64,000 nt of DNA from a bacterium (GTDB lineage: Bacteria; UBA8248; JACPRG01; G963555815): the NCBI GenBank assembly GCA_965261595.1, contig CBDHDG010000006.1, positions 896,001 to 960,000 of the forward strand, read 5' to 3'. Below, piece by piece: positions 13,320 through 24,435 of the stretch (position 1 is its first letter; each line of letters opens with the position of its first letter). The translations under genes were made by a program, and so were the position numbers. The notes below the pieces were generated by a model that was not told where the DNA came from, did no database searches, and saw only the letters and a list, made by a program, of their open reading frames with translations.

Positions 13320-14597
13320 ATGGAATCCTCCTTACTTCCCCGAATCATCGTTTTTATCATCCTGATGTGCCTGTCGGCCTTCTTTTCCGCTTCGGAGGTC
13401 GCCCTGTTCAGCTTGCGGCGGTCCCGCATCGACCACCTGAAATCCCAGGGACTGTCCGTCGCCCAGGTCATCTCAGACCTCCTGGCGCGGCCCCGGCGCC
13501 TCATCATCACCATCCTGATCGGAAATGAAACCGTCAACCTGGCCGCGGCGGCGATCGTCGCCGCGCTGGTCATCACCCTGGCCGGGGACGGATACAAATG
13601 GCTGGCCATTTTGATCATGACGCCCATTCTCATGATCTTCGGCGAGATCACCCCCAAGTCCTTCGCCCTGCGGCGCCCCGAGCAGGTCTCCCGGTGGGTG
13701 GGGCGCCCCCTTGCGGTCTTCGCCGTCGCGGCAACGCCGCTGCGTTGGGTTTTCCGGAACGCGTCCGAGTGGATCATCCGCATCCTCGGCGGAGGCCGCC
13801 AAACGGCCGACAACATCCTGTCCGAGGACGAGTTCCGCACCTGGGTGGACATGGGGCGCGAGGTCGGGGAGCTGGAGGAGCAGGAGCGCAAACTGATTCA
13901 CAACGTTTTCGAGTTCTCCGACACCCTGGTCTCGGAGATCATGGTCCCCCGGCCGGACATCTTCCTCCTCTCCTACCAGATGGAGATCCCCCGGATCCTC
14001 GAGGCCATCCGGAAGACCCCCCACTCCCGAATCCCCGTGTACCGAAGCCACTCCGGCAACGTGGCCGGCATTCTCCACACCAAGGACCTGCTGCCGCTCG
14101 TTCGCGGCTCGATGACCCCCAAAGCCGGATGGCCCCTGCCCCTGCGCGAGCCTTTCTTCATCCCCCCCAGCAAGAAGGTGAGCGACCTGTTTCACGACTT
14201 CAAGCGGATGAAGACGCACATCGCGTTGGTGGTGGATGAATTCGGGGACCTGGACGGGCTGGTGACGCTGGAAGACGTGCTGGAGGAGCTGTTCGAGGCC
14301 ATCTCGGACCCCCCCGGAGACAACGGGAGGAAGGCGTTCCAGACCCTCAAAGCCGGGAGCTATCTCGTGTCCGGGCGGATGACCATGCGGGATGTCCAGG
14401 AGAAGCTGAGCTTTGCGCTCCCGGACAGCCCGGCCGACACCCTCGGGGGACTCGTCATGGACCTCTTCGGCCGGATGCCGGAGGCGAATGAGCAGGTCGG
14501 CCGGAACGGGCTCCTGTTCACCGTGACCGAGATGCGCGGCAGGCGGATCCTGAAAGTCCGGATAGACATCCCCGAAAGCTGGGAGAGCCCCGCGTGA
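13320..14597 (+). CDS. CNNM/CorB (hemolysin-family) transporter, DUF21-CBS-CorC
   Basis: SAFFSASEVALFS, FGEITPKS, HSRIPVY, VVDEFG, TLEDVLEEL. Confidence 0.9.
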   Translation: MESSLLPRIIVFIILMCLSAFFSASEVALFSLRRSRIDHLKSQGLSVAQVISDLLARPRRLIITILIGNETVNLAAAAIVAALVITLAGDGYKWLAILIMTPILMIFGEITPKSFALRRPEQVSRWVGRPLAVFAVAATPLRWVFRNASEWIIRILGGGRQTADNILSEDEFRTWVDMGREVGELEEQERKLIHNVFEFSDTLVSEIMVPRPDIFLLSYQMEIPRILEAIRKTPHSRIPVYRSHSGNVAGILHTKDLLPLVRGSMTPKAGWPLPLREPFFIPPSKKVSDLFHDFKRMKTHIALVVDEFGDLDGLVTLEDVLEELFEAISDPPGDNGRKAFQTLKAGSYLVSGRMTMRDVQEKLSFALPDSPADTLGGLVMDLFGRMPEANEQVGRNGLLFTVTEMRGRRILKVRIDIPESWESPA

Positions 14598-15829
14598 GTC
14601 TGGAGTGGGCGCTGGTCATCATTATTGTCTGCCTGGCCGTGGAATTCTTTTGCTCGGGCGCGGAGATAGCCATGGTGGCCGCCGACCGCGGCCGTCTGAA
14701 AACCCGCGCCGACGACGGCGAGCGCGGCCCGGATCTGGCCCTGAAGCTCCTGGACACCCCCGAGCGGCTGGTCGCCACCACGCTGACCTGCCACAACATC
14801 GCCTTCGTGACCAACGTGACCCTCTCCACCTGGCTGATCCTCACCCTGGCCGGCCCCCGGTACGGCGAGCTCCTGACGCTCGCCGTGATGACCCCCATCC
14901 TGCTGATCGTGGGAGAGATCGTCCCCAAGAGCCTGTTCCGGGAGAAGGCGGACCAGCTCGCCCCCAAGGCCGCCTGCGTCGTCTGGGCCGCTTCCAAGAT
15001 TCTCGCTCCGGTCGTCGGCGTGGTGACGCGGATCACGCGCGCCTTCCTCAAAGAGGAGGCGCAGGGGCATTCCGTCTCCGTCACGCGGGAGGAGCTGGCC
15101 CTCATGCTTCAGGACTCGACCGAGGGCGGGGACGTCCAGCTGGAGGAGCGGAGGATGATCCACCGGATCTTCGGATTCGGCGACACGACGGTCCGGGAGG
15201 TCATGGTGCCGCTGGTGGAGGTGACCGACTTGCCCGAGACGGCGACGGTCGGCGAAGTGGCCCGGGCCATGGGGGAGAAGGCCTACTCCCGCCTCCCCAT
15301 CCACCGGGACGAAACCCACAACATCATCGGCATCGTCACCGCGTTTGAAATGCTCACCGCGCCGTCGGACGAAACGGGGATCAAGGAATATGTCCGCGAC
15401 GTTCCCTACGTTCCGGAATCCATGCGGGCCGACGACCTTCTGCGCAAGCTTCGGGACACGGACGAGAACCTGGCCGTGGTCGTGGACGAATACGGCGGCA
15501 GCGTGGGCATTGTCACGGTGGAGGATCTGATCGAGGAGATCGTCGGAGAGATTTACGACGAGCACCAGGAGGCGCCCACCCTCTATGAGCGGCTGACCGA
15601 CGGCTCGCACCGGATCGACGCCCGGATGGAAGTGGACGCCATCAACGAGACCCTGGGACTCGGCCTCCCGAAGGGCCGCGCGGAGACCCTGGGCGGCTTC
15701 GTCACCGAGACCCTGGAGCGCATCCCCCGGGAAGGCGAGACCTTCGAGCGCGGCGGCATGGAATTCCGAGTCACCGACGCCACGGCCAAGCGCGTGTTGG
15801 AGGTGATTGTCCGCAAGAAAGAGGCCTGA
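14594..15829 (+). CDS. CNNM/CorB (hemolysin-family) transporter, second paralogue
   Basis: [42 protein letters not shown]; overlaps previous stop (GTGA). Confidence 0.9.
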   Translation: MSLEWALVIIIVCLAVEFFCSGAEIAMVAADRGRLKTRADDGERGPDLALKLLDTPERLVATTLTCHNIAFVTNVTLSTWLILTLAGPRYGELLTLAVMTPILLIVGEIVPKSLFREKADQLAPKAACVVWAASKILAPVVGVVTRITRAFLKEEAQGHSVSVTREELALMLQDSTEGGDVQLEERRMIHRIFGFGDTTVREVMVPLVEVTDLPETATVGEVARAMGEKAYSRLPIHRDETHNIIGIVTAFEMLTAPSDETGIKEYVRDVPYVPESMRADDLLRKLRDTDENLAVVVDEYGGSVGIVTVEDLIEEIVGEIYDEHQEAPTLYERLTDGSHRIDARMEVDAINETLGLGLPKGRAETLGGFVTETLERIPREGETFERGGMEFRVTDATAKRVLEVIVRKKEA

Positions 15830-15861
15830 GGAGCCCCCTCGAAATCCCGAGGGATGGACGG

Positions 15862-16734
15862 CTACCCTCCTACCGGCAGATACACATCCAACCAATCCTT
15901 CATCATGGCTTCGGCGCGGGGTTTTTCGCCCGCGAGCGGCCAGTGATCGACATCGGACAGCAGGATCAAGTCCGTGGGTTGACCGGCGCGATCGAACATT
16001 CGCAATGACTGCTCGGTCGGCGTGACCGAATCCTCGGCGGCATGGAGAAGCATCAGGGGCCTCGGCGCGATGTTCCCCACAACGTCTTCGGCGTTGAAAT
16101 CGAACATGCTCCGGGCCGTTTCCACGGGGAACTCGGAAATCGCGTCCGATACCAGGTGTTTTCTCAGATGTTCGGGAATGGGGACGATGTCCCAGCGGGA
16201 CACCCAAAGGGACTCGCCCGTTTCTTCCTTGTGGCGTTTTCCCGCTTCCAGCATCGATGTGAATTTCTCCCACGCCTCATCCGTCGGATGCTGAAGGCGG
16301 AACTTTCGCTCGCCGTTGCCCCAGCCGCACGACGAGATGACGGCGGCGATCCGTTCATCCGTGCCGCCGGCATAAACGGCCACGGCCGCCCCGAAGCTTT
16401 GTCCGATCACGCCGACGCGATTCGGGTCCACGTCGCCGCGGGTCGAGATCCAGGTGAGCGCGTTGCGGGTGTCTTCCACCTCTTCCAGGCAAATCACGCG
16501 GCCGCGCTCGCCCGCGCTTTCCCCGCATCCCCTGTAATCGAAACGTAGCGCGATATACCCCCACCGGGCGAACATCTCACACGTCGTCTGAGAGCTGCCG
16601 CCTGTTTTGCTCGTGCCGAATCCGTGCAGGACCAGCATGGCCGGACGTTTTTCACCGGGCTTCAAGCCTTCCGGGGTGTGAACGATGCCCGAGAGCTTCA
16701 GGCCGCCAGAATCGAAAGTAACGGGTGTTTGCAT
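15862..16734 (-). CDS. alpha/beta hydrolase
   Basis: HGF, FDYRGCGES, nucleophile motif GQSFG, C-terminal Asp and His. Confidence 0.85.
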   Translation of the reverse strand: MQTPVTFDSGGLKLSGIVHTPEGLKPGEKRPAMLVLHGFGTSKTGGSSQTTCEMFARWGYIALRFDYRGCGESAGERGRVICLEEVEDTRNALTWISTRGDVDPNRVGVIGQSFGAAVAVYAGGTDERIAAVISSCGWGNGERKFRLQHPTDEAWEKFTSMLEAGKRHKEETGESLWVSRWDIVPIPEHLRKHLVSDAISEFPVETARSMFDFNAEDVVGNIAPRPLMLLHAAEDSVTPTEQSLRMFDRAGQPTDLILLSDVDHWPLAGEKPRAEAMMKDWLDVYLPVGG

Positions 16735-16954
16735 GGAGCGCTCCAGTAATCATGTTGGAAGGATAGCTCATCGCGGAAGGGCTGATGAGGTCAGGTATTC
16801 CGGTCCGACCTTACGGTTCCGCCGTGAAGTCATCGGGTCCGAATGGCGAGTCACAGACTTCACACCTGTCCATCCAAAATTCGGCGCGGCCGTATTCGGT
16901 GAAGACAGAGCAGTCCCATATCGTGGGTTCTCAGCGCTCCCGGCGGATCGCCCC

Positions 16955-17857
16955 TCAGGCCCGGCCGTGCGTCATTAACAATTCTTCCACTTCCTGAAGC
17001 CGGGGGATCCCCGTCCGGCCGCCGACGGACCGGCAGCACAGGGCCGCGAGGGCGTTGGAGAAATCCAGCGTTTTCTGAACGGGCCAGTCCCGAAGCACTC
17101 CGTAGCACAGCCCCGCGTGGAAGACGTCCCCCGCGCCCGTCGTGTCCACCGCACGCACGTCGAACCCCGGACTCTCGTAAAAATTCTCGCCGTCGTAGGC
17201 GACGGCCCCGCCCGCGCCCAGCGTCATCCCGACAACGGCCGGACACACCTCGCGGAGCGCTTCGAGGGACTCGCGCTGATCGGACTTGCCGGTCACCAGG
17301 GCGGGAAAATCCTGGCTGCCGATGACGATGGAGCATGACCCGAGCAGCGCTTTCGTCCCCTCCCTCACACGCTCCGCGTCGAAGACGACCGGAATCCCCG
17401 CCGCCCGGGCCCATCGCGCCGCCCGGATCTCCGCGGGCAGGTTGTGGCCGTCCACCAGAAGGCAGCGGCCGTTCAGGACCATCTCTTTCCTGAGATCGCC
17501 CTCCTCCAAACGGACGTCCCGATCCCAGACAATCGTCCTTTCCCCCGAGGATGAATCGATCAGCACCACGGCGCACTGGCTGCGCCTGCCCGGTTTGACG
17601 ACGACGCCGTCCACGTTCACCCCCTCCGCCCTCAGGGCCTCCAGAGAGAAGTCCCCGGCCGCGTCGTCCCCCACCGCGCCCACAAAGGCGGCCCGCAGCC
17701 CCAAGCGGGCGCACGCGACCATCGCCGTCGCCGCCTGGCCGCCGCCCTGCCGGTCGAACGCGGTCATGCCGGTTTTGGTGTTGCGCTCGGGAAATCGGGG
17801 AAGGGAGCAAAGATAATCGACCGAGACCAGACCGATGCCGACGACATCGAACCGCAT
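16955..17857 (-). CDS. PfkB-family carbohydrate kinase
   Basis: GGQAATA...ARLG; VDTTGAGDVF. Confidence 0.9.
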   Translation of the reverse strand: MRFDVVGIGLVSVDYLCSLPRFPERNTKTGMTAFDRQGGGQAATAMVACARLGLRAAFVGAVGDDAAGDFSLEALRAEGVNVDGVVVKPGRRSQCAVVLIDSSSGERTIVWDRDVRLEEGDLRKEMVLNGRCLLVDGHNLPAEIRAARWARAAGIPVVFDAERVREGTKALLGSCSIVIGSQDFPALVTGKSDQRESLEALREVCPAVVGMTLGAGGAVAYDGENFYESPGFDVRAVDTTGAGDVFHAGLCYGVLRDWPVQKTLDFSNALAALCCRSVGGRTGIPRLQEVEELLMTHGRA

Positions 17858-17915
17858 GTTTTTTCCCTCGGGAGATTCGCCCCCGAACGCCGGGACGAAG
17901 CGGGAGCGGCCGGAC

Positions 17916-18365
17916 TCAACGAATCGTGAGGCGCCCGGTCATCCCCGCTTCGGTGTGGCCCGTGACCGCGCACCGCAGATCGAATAGACCCGTTTGAACG
18001 GGAACGAAGAACCATTCGGCCCGCTTTCCGGGAAGCACCTCGATCTCCCGAACGGCGCCTTTCACCTCCATGTTCGCGTCCTGGACCTTCCGCGTCCAAA
18101 CGGCGGCCGCAAACCGCAGGGCGGTGAAGTAATGCTTCGAGGGCGAAGGGTTGATCAGAACCAGCTTGTACAGCCTTCCGGTCTCGAAGGTCAGCGCATC
18201 GGGTTTGAACGTCAGATGGCCGTCCCGGCTGCCGAGACGCACTTCGATGGTGACGGGACTCCGCTTGCTGAGGTCTCCCTCGGCTTCGGCGGGAGCGACC
18301 CATCCGGGTTGGAAAAAGACGCCCACCCCAAAAAGAAAAAGGACGGACCGCAGGGCGCTCATCAT
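17916..18365 (-). CDS. exported cupredoxin (blue copper) protein
   Basis: Signal peptide; His (KHYF) and C-terminal CAVTGHTEAGM type-1 copper motif. Confidence 0.8.
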   Translation of the reverse strand: MMSALRSVLFLFGVGVFFQPGWVAPAEAEGDLSKRSPVTIEVRLGSRDGHLTFKPDALTFETGRLYKLVLINPSPSKHYFTALRFAAAVWTRKVQDANMEVKGAVREIEVLPGKRAEWFFVPVQTGLFDLRCAVTGHTEAGMTGRLTIR

Positions 18366-18550
18366 CGATCGACTCTCCTCACTTGTCGGAAAAACTCAGG
18401 AAGCCGGAAGGGGGGCTTCACCGCATGAAGTATCATATCATTGGAACGTCGCCCCCGCCTTTCACCCTCCGGGGCGGGGAAGCCGGCGGGCGAAATCCGA
18501 TCCCCCGCGAGTCCGGCGGACGCCACTCTGAAGGGGGGGGGAGGTCCGAC

Positions 18551-19450
18551 ATGAAAAATCCCCGGGTTTCGCCCACCTTGATTCTGGCCGCCGTCCTGGG
18601 TTTGCTTCTCCTTTCGCGGGGGGGCCGTTCCGAGCCGCGGTATCCCAACGGCCATTTGCTCGTCGGCCCCGATTGGGTCCAAAAACGGCTCGGAAACCCG
18701 GCCGTGCGGTTTGTGGACCTTCGGGGAAAGGCCCGGTACGGCGCTGGACACATTCCGGGGGCGGTTGCCTTGGGTCTCGACCGGATCCAGGCGACCGTCA
18801 ACGGCGCGCCCGGCATGGCCGCTTCCGCCCGCCGGCTCTCCCGGGTGTTCGGGGCCCTGGGGATCGACGCCGAGACCACCGTCGTCGGGTACGATGACAG
18901 CGGGGGATTGCTCGCGGTCAGGCTTTTCTGGACGCTGGAGTACGCCGGACACCGCAAGGCCCGCATCCTCAATGGAGGATACGCGGCCTGGCTCGCCGCC
19001 GGGGGCGCGGTGAGCCGGAGCGCCGCCTCCCACCCGGCCAAACGGTTCGAGGTCCGGCTCGACCTTTCCCGCGTCATCTCGGCCGGGGAGATCCGCTCGA
19101 AGCTCGGGCGGAAGGATGTCGCGATCGTGGACGCGCGCGGCGCCGGAGAATTCTCCGGACGGGTGAAGCGCGCCCGGCGGGGCGGGCGCATCCCCGGCGC
19201 CGTTCATATCGAATGGGTGCGAAGTCTCGCGAATCGAGGAGGCCGCTGGCTTCCTCCGAAAGCGCTCGCCCGCCTTTACGCCTCCCGGGGGGTGACACGG
19301 GAGAAGGAGATCATCCCCTACTGCCAGACCTTCGTCCGCGCCGCCCACACATATTTCAGCCTGAGGCTCCTGGGCTACGAAAAGGTGAGTGGATACGACG
19401 GCTCTTGGGCGGAGTGGGGGAACCGGCAGGACCTGCCCGTGGAAAGGTAG
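18551..19450 (+). CDS. tandem-domain rhodanese/sulfurtransferase with signal-like N-terminus
   Basis: GHIPGA, LNGGYAAW, GRIPGA, YCQTFVRA, YDGSWAEWG; RBS GAGG. Confidence 0.88.
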   Translation: MKNPRVSPTLILAAVLGLLLLSRGGRSEPRYPNGHLLVGPDWVQKRLGNPAVRFVDLRGKARYGAGHIPGAVALGLDRIQATVNGAPGMAASARRLSRVFGALGIDAETTVVGYDDSGGLLAVRLFWTLEYAGHRKARILNGGYAAWLAAGGAVSRSAASHPAKRFEVRLDLSRVISAGEIRSKLGRKDVAIVDARGAGEFSGRVKRARRGGRIPGAVHIEWVRSLANRGGRWLPPKALARLYASRGVTREKEIIPYCQTFVRAAHTYFSLRLLGYEKVSGYDGSWAEWGNRQDLPVER

Positions 19451-19511
19451 GGGGGGAGGGGGAGAGGAAGGAAGGGCGGCCTTTCAAACAGCGCCCCCCG
19501 GGGGGGGGGAA

Positions 19512-20315
19512 TCAATCTTCTTTGTCGAGCTTCGCGGCCGCCCGCGCATAAACGGCCAATCCCGCTTCAAGGAGTCCCGGGACCATCCGCGCCAGGAGCG
19601 CCATGCAGGCCAGGCTGAAGGGCATGACGACCAACCCCCGGTTCGCGCGAATCGCGGCGAGAACCTTCCGGCTCACCTGAGCGGCCGTCAGGGTCGGCCC
19701 TTTCCTGAACCGGGCCGGTTTCCGGAGGCTGGGATGCGTATCGAAAAAAGGGGTTTTCACGGTTCCCGGACAGATGGTGCTGACGCCCACCCGGAAGGGT
19801 GCCAATTCATGCCTCAACGCGCGGCTCATGGCGACCATGGCGAACTTCGACGCCGCGTACGCGCCCAGAAAGGGCGGCGGGATGAGGCCCGCCACCGAGG
19901 CGACGTTCACGATGTGCCCGGACCGCCTCCGCTTCATCCTCGGGGCGAACGCGAAAATGCAGTAGACCGCTCCCAGATAATTGGTCCGCGTGAGGCGCTC
20001 GATCTCCTCGGGACTGGACCGAAGGAGCGGACCGGCGAATCCGAACCCGGCGTTGTTGATCAGGATGTCCACCGGACCCGCCGCGAGGATCGCTCCCGCC
20101 GTCTCCCGCACGCTTTCGTTGTCGGAGACGTCGCACGGGAAGACCTCGGCCTCGCCGCCCGCCTCCGCAATCTCCTCTCTCAACCTTTCCAGGAGACCCG
20201 CCCTCCGCGCCAAAAGAACCGGCGTCGCCCCCTCCCGGGCAAGGTCCAGGGCCAGTTGTCTTCCGATGCCCGAGGACGCCCCCGTCACCACCGCGCGTCG
20301 CCCCCGCAGCCGCAT
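19512..20315 (-). CDS. short-chain dehydrogenase/reductase
   Basis: TGASSGIG, NNAG, YAASK. Confidence 0.9.
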   Translation of the reverse strand: MRLRGRRAVVTGASSGIGRQLALDLAREGATPVLLARRAGLLERLREEIAEAGGEAEVFPCDVSDNESVRETAGAILAAGPVDILINNAGFGFAGPLLRSSPEEIERLTRTNYLGAVYCIFAFAPRMKRRRSGHIVNVASVAGLIPPPFLGAYAASKFAMVAMSRALRHELAPFRVGVSTICPGTVKTPFFDTHPSLRKPARFRKGPTLTAAQVSRKVLAAIRANRGLVVMPFSLACMALLARMVPGLLEAGLAVYARAAAKLDKED

Positions 20316-20528
20316 GCGTCCCCTCTCCTTCCATCCGGACCCGAAGCCCGGCGCTCCTGAATTCGGCCGGACGACACGGTCCGACACCCGCCACTATGCA
20401 CAAAGAGCGCTCGCGGACAAGGATGACTTTTGGAGTTTTTCGGACGGAACCCGCCGCGGCGGACCCGGCGGGCAAGAGGCGGTTCGCGATCAACCGTTGG
20501 ATTGAGCCGGATCTTCAAACTGTTTTAT

Positions 20529-21578
20529 TTACACAGAGTCTTTAGGCTGCGAACGGAACATCATGACGAACTTTTCAAAAAGCTCCGGGTCATAGAACCC
20601 GACGTTTTCCTCTTTCATGATGGACAGGGCCTGAAACGTGGTCATGGCCTCCTTGTAGGGCCGCCTGGAGGTGATGGCGTCAAAGCCGTCCGTGATCGCG
20701 GCGATCCTGGAGATGACGGGGAGCGTGTCTCCCGTGAGGCCGTAGGGGTAACCCGTGCCGTCCATCCGCTCGTGATGGTACAAGGTGATGTGCAGGACGT
20801 CCCGCTTCCGAATCCCCATCTCCTGAATCATCTGGGCGCTATCGGCCGGGTGTTTTTTGATGGCTTCCCATTCGAGGGGGGAGAGGGGACCGGCCTTTTT
20901 CAGAATACTCGCGTCGACGAGGCTCTTGGCCAGGTCGTGGTAGATAAACCCTTCCCCGAGCTCGTGGAGGTCGTCCAAAATGGGCTTCGCCTCCAGGATC
21001 CGCTTATCGGCCAGAACGCTCTGTGAAAAGCCCACACCCAGGATGCACACGTGCAGGCTGTGCGAATACGTATTGTAATCCCGCTGGGCCAGATTCATCA
21101 TGCTGAGGGCGCCCTGCTCGTTGGAATGGGCCAACAGGACGATGTTGCCCACAAGCTCCTGCGTCTTCTTGTAGTTTTCCGTGGATTCCGGGCGTTTGAA
21201 AAACGCCTCCATCACATTCTCCCCTTTTTCATAGAGGATGGAGGCCCGTTTCTCCAGGTCCACGGATTCGTCGGTCAGAATCTCTTCAAAGTTGTTTTCC
21301 ACGCTCATCGCGTAGGTCTTCAGGTGCTTCTCCTTGGTGTAAACGGCCAAGCCGTCGCGGCGGAGCTGTTCACGAATTCTTTTCGATAATCCGGCCCCCT
21401 GATTCGTGACCAGGATCAACTTGCGTTCTGGTCCCCGCCCAACCTGTCGGAAGATCGGAAAAGTGAGCTTGATGTTCACCGGAACAAGGTCGAGGTCGAT
21501 CGGGGCCAGCTCCTCGCCGAATTCCGTTTGCGGAGTCGGCTCGCCTTTCACCTGCTCATCGACCAGCGTGGGATTCAT
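20529..21578 (-). CDS. HD-GYP domain protein (c-di-GMP phosphodiesterase-like)
   Basis: TYSHS, HDLAK, HHERMDGTGYP, RRPYK; start uncertain (21578 or 21587). Confidence 0.85.
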   Translation of the reverse strand: MNPTLVDEQVKGEPTPQTEFGEELAPIDLDLVPVNIKLTFPIFRQVGRGPERKLILVTNQGAGLSKRIREQLRRDGLAVYTKEKHLKTYAMSVENNFEEILTDESVDLEKRASILYEKGENVMEAFFKRPESTENYKKTQELVGNIVLLAHSNEQGALSMMNLAQRDYNTYSHSLHVCILGVGFSQSVLADKRILEAKPILDDLHELGEGFIYHDLAKSLVDASILKKAGPLSPLEWEAIKKHPADSAQMIQEMGIRKRDVLHITLYHHERMDGTGYPYGLTGDTLPVISRIAAITDGFDAITSRRPYKEAMTTFQALSIMKEENVGFYDPELFEKFVMMFRSQPKDSV

Positions 21579-21828
21579 CCGCTTCATTCCTCTCAAAAGG
21601 ATGCCTGGCTTCAATCCCCAATGGACGGGGGGGGCGGCCGGAAGCCGATATTCTTCGAACAGAGCGCTCCCCGCGGTCGCCTTCGCGCTCTTGAAGGCAT
21701 ATGGTCCTATCGGGAAACTCGCATGTTCCCTTAAGCCGAATCTTCGCGCCGCCTTCCTGTTGACGGGGCTCGCGCCCATCCGGTAACATCGCGCTCTTTC
21801 CGAACACCCGCCCAAGGAGGTCAGGCGC

Positions 21829-22833
21829 ATGTCCCCGTCCGTGCGATTCGGCGTCAATGTAAATACGCGCCTTCCCGTGATCTTCCCCGAAGATTACGGC
21901 CTGGATCAGCTCCTGGATCTGGCGGTCCAGGCCGAGGAGCTCGGTTACGAATCCGTTTGGGTGGGGGATAACTTCTTCTCGAAAGCCCGTCTGGAATCCA
22001 TCACCACGCTTTCGGCCATCGCGGCCCGGACGCGGCGCGTCAGGCTGGGCACGGCGGCGCTCATCTCTCCGCTCCGCCACACCGTGTGGCTGGCCCTGGC
22101 CTGGGGGACGCTCGACCGAATCTCCAAGGGGCGGACCCTCCTCGCCATCTGCGTGGGCGGGGGGAGCGCCGAGTCGGGCGGCCCGGGGTTCACGGCGGAG
22201 TTCGATGTCGCCCGCATCCCCTACAAAAAGCGGGGCCGGCTGTTGGAGGAGCAGATTACGATTTTGCGCGAGTTGTGGTCGGACGGGCCGGTCCAAAGAG
22301 ACGATGAATTTCACACCCTGCCGGGTCTGGACCTGGAGCCCAAACCCGCGCAGTCGGGGGGTCCGCCAATCTGGATCTCCAACAACCCGCAGGTCTTTGA
22401 TCTCGACGCCCCCATCGTGGAGCGAATGCTCCGCCGGGTGGCCCGCCTCGCCGACGGCTGGATGACCTGCACGGCGACCCCCGAAGAGTTCCGCGCGCTT
22501 TGGGGCCGGGTCCGGGAATATGCCGACGAGTATGGCCGTCCGGAGGACGCGGTGACACCCGCGTATCAAATCACGCTGAACGTGGGGAAGGACCGGGCCT
22601 CCGCGCGGGCCGAGGCCCTGGAAGTCCTGAACCGGTACTATTCGACCGAGCACCGGGATCTGTCCGAGGGCATGTGGGAGCGGGACCCCTTCGGCGCGCC
22701 CGGGGAAGTTCAGGATCACCTGGGCGGGATGATCGAGGCCGGCGTCCGCAAGTTCATCCTCCGGTTCGCCTCCCGCAACCAGGCGGAGCAGGTCGAGCGG
22801 TTCACCGATTCGGTCTGGCCGGCGTTTCGATGA
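21829..22833 (+). CDS. LLM-class flavin-dependent oxidoreductase
   Basis: AEELGYESVWVGD, LSAIAARTRRVRLGT, PPIWI, RVARLADGW. Confidence 0.88.
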   Translation: MSPSVRFGVNVNTRLPVIFPEDYGLDQLLDLAVQAEELGYESVWVGDNFFSKARLESITTLSAIAARTRRVRLGTAALISPLRHTVWLALAWGTLDRISKGRTLLAICVGGGSAESGGPGFTAEFDVARIPYKKRGRLLEEQITILRELWSDGPVQRDDEFHTLPGLDLEPKPAQSGGPPIWISNNPQVFDLDAPIVERMLRRVARLADGWMTCTATPEEFRALWGRVREYADEYGRPEDAVTPAYQITLNVGKDRASARAEALEVLNRYYSTEHRDLSEGMWERDPFGAPGEVQDHLGGMIEAGVRKFILRFASRNQAEQVERFTDSVWPAFR

Positions 22834-22865
22834 GGCCGTTTGGAAACGCCGGGGAGAAAATCCGA

Positions 22866-22895
22866 TTGACACGCCCGGAAGGCCTCGGTTAAGAT
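22866..22895 (+). promoter_or_regulatory. candidate sigma70 promoter of the permease gene
   Basis: TTGACA-N18-TAAGAT. Confidence 0.4.
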
Positions 22896-23024
22896 TCTGT
22901 ACACGGTCCAGTTCAATGTCCTTTTCGGCATCGGGAAAGTGGGGAAGGGCGATTCATGGGGCCTCCCGGAGGGTCGGGTTCCGGGTTGAGCCGAAGCATA
23001 TAACCCCCGAGAGATGAGGATGGG

Positions 23025-24419
23025 TTGATGGTCAAGTCCAGAGCTCTATCGAAAACGGGAATCTTGAGCTTCGTCGTCGTCTTGGTGCTTTGGCTCCTCA
23101 AGGCGTCAGGCGGCATCACGGAAACGGGTATCTTTTACTCGGTCCTGACCCCCCTCGGCGCCATCCTCTTGATGGTCGTCGTGTATCTACTGGTCCTCGG
23201 GGCGGGGCAGGCGTATTTCCACAACAACCAGGCTTTGCGCCGGATCAGCCCGTTGTTGACCGGGGTCTGGGCATATTTGCTGCTGGCGCCTTTGTCGGTG
23301 GTGGCGCAATGGATGGAGTACTTTCCCGAAGGCACCTCCACTATCATCCTGTGGGCGATGGTCGGGATCGGGGTGTGGGTGGTTCTGATGTGGCTGTTCA
23401 GCTTCGTCCTGACCAAGATCGTGCCGACGATCAACGCGATCCTGGCCCAGGGTTTTACGGCGATCTGGGGGGTGGCCCTGATCATCGGGGCCACCTACTT
23501 CTTCGCGTCGGTGAAACTGGCCCCCCCGAACTTGGGCTGGCAAGTGGCGCTGTTCTTCATCCTGTTCGCGCTCTGGCTGGGGCTGGTTTACCCGGGATAC
23601 TTCTTCATCCGAGGCCTGGTCGCGAATGAACGCATCCGTCCGGGAACGGATCGCATCCTGACGACGCTGTGGAGCATCGTGATCCTGGTCTGTTTGTGGG
23701 AGGTTTGGGTCAATGTCGCCAATATCCCGCAGTTCCTTGTTCCGTCCCCTTCGGACACGGCGAAGGAGATGTATGAGAAGGCCCATCTGCTCGGCACCCA
23801 CGTCAACACGACCCTGCTGGAAACCATTCTGGGGTACCTGCTCGGGATCCTGATCGGCATCCTCTCGGCGGTCTTGATCGTCTGGTATAAGTTCCTCGAG
23901 GATGTCCTGTATCCACTCCTTGTCATCCTTCAGATCATCCCCAAGATCGCCATCGCCCCCCTCCTGCTCATCTGGGTGGGCTACGGGGCGACCTCCAAGG
24001 TGTTGATTGCCTTTCTGATCGGCTACTTCCCCATCGTGGTGAGCATGATTACGGGGCTGCGGCTGGTCGAGGCCGATCTGCTTGATCTGGCCCGCTCCTT
24101 CCGCGCGACCAAGTGGCAGATCCTGTCGAAGATCAGGTTCCCCAACTCGCTCCCCTTCCTGTTCAACGGCTTGCAGATCTCCATCACCCTGGCCGTCATC
24201 GGGGCCATCGTCGGGGAGTTCGTCGGCGGAAGCAAGGGGCTGGGATACCTCATCATCGTCTCCAACTACGAGTTGAACACGCCGCTCATGTTCACCTCCC
24301 TGTTCCTTCTCTCGATCATCGGCCTGTCGCTGTTCGGACTCATCGTCAAGCTGCAAAAGATAATGATTCCGTGGGCGGTCCAGGAAGAGGGCGATTTGCC
24401 GGTGGTGGGCGGCGGTTGA
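23025..24419 (+). CDS. ABC permease (NitT/TauT-type) with extra N-terminal multi-TM region
   Basis: C-terminal half has IPKIAIAPLL, EAA-loop-like ARSFRATKWQ and IVGEFVGGSKGLG; ~200 aa hydrophobic extension. Confidence 0.82.
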   Translation: MMVKSRALSKTGILSFVVVLVLWLLKASGGITETGIFYSVLTPLGAILLMVVVYLLVLGAGQAYFHNNQALRRISPLLTGVWAYLLLAPLSVVAQWMEYFPEGTSTIILWAMVGIGVWVVLMWLFSFVLTKIVPTINAILAQGFTAIWGVALIIGATYFFASVKLAPPNLGWQVALFFILFALWLGLVYPGYFFIRGLVANERIRPGTDRILTTLWSIVILVCLWEVWVNVANIPQFLVPSPSDTAKEMYEKAHLLGTHVNTTLLETILGYLLGILIGILSAVLIVWYKFLEDVLYPLLVILQIIPKIAIAPLLLIWVGYGATSKVLIAFLIGYFPIVVSMITGLRLVEADLLDLARSFRATKWQILSKIRFPNSLPFLFNGLQISITLAVIGAIVGEFVGGSKGLGYLIIVSNYELNTPLMFTSLFLLSIIGLSLFGLIVKLQKIMIPWAVQEEGDLPVVGGG

Positions 24420-24435
24420 TTCTGAACGACACCCC

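Noticed and set aside
13320..15829. Tandem CNNM/hemolysin-family paralogues
   Set aside because: A known, common arrangement; not novel.
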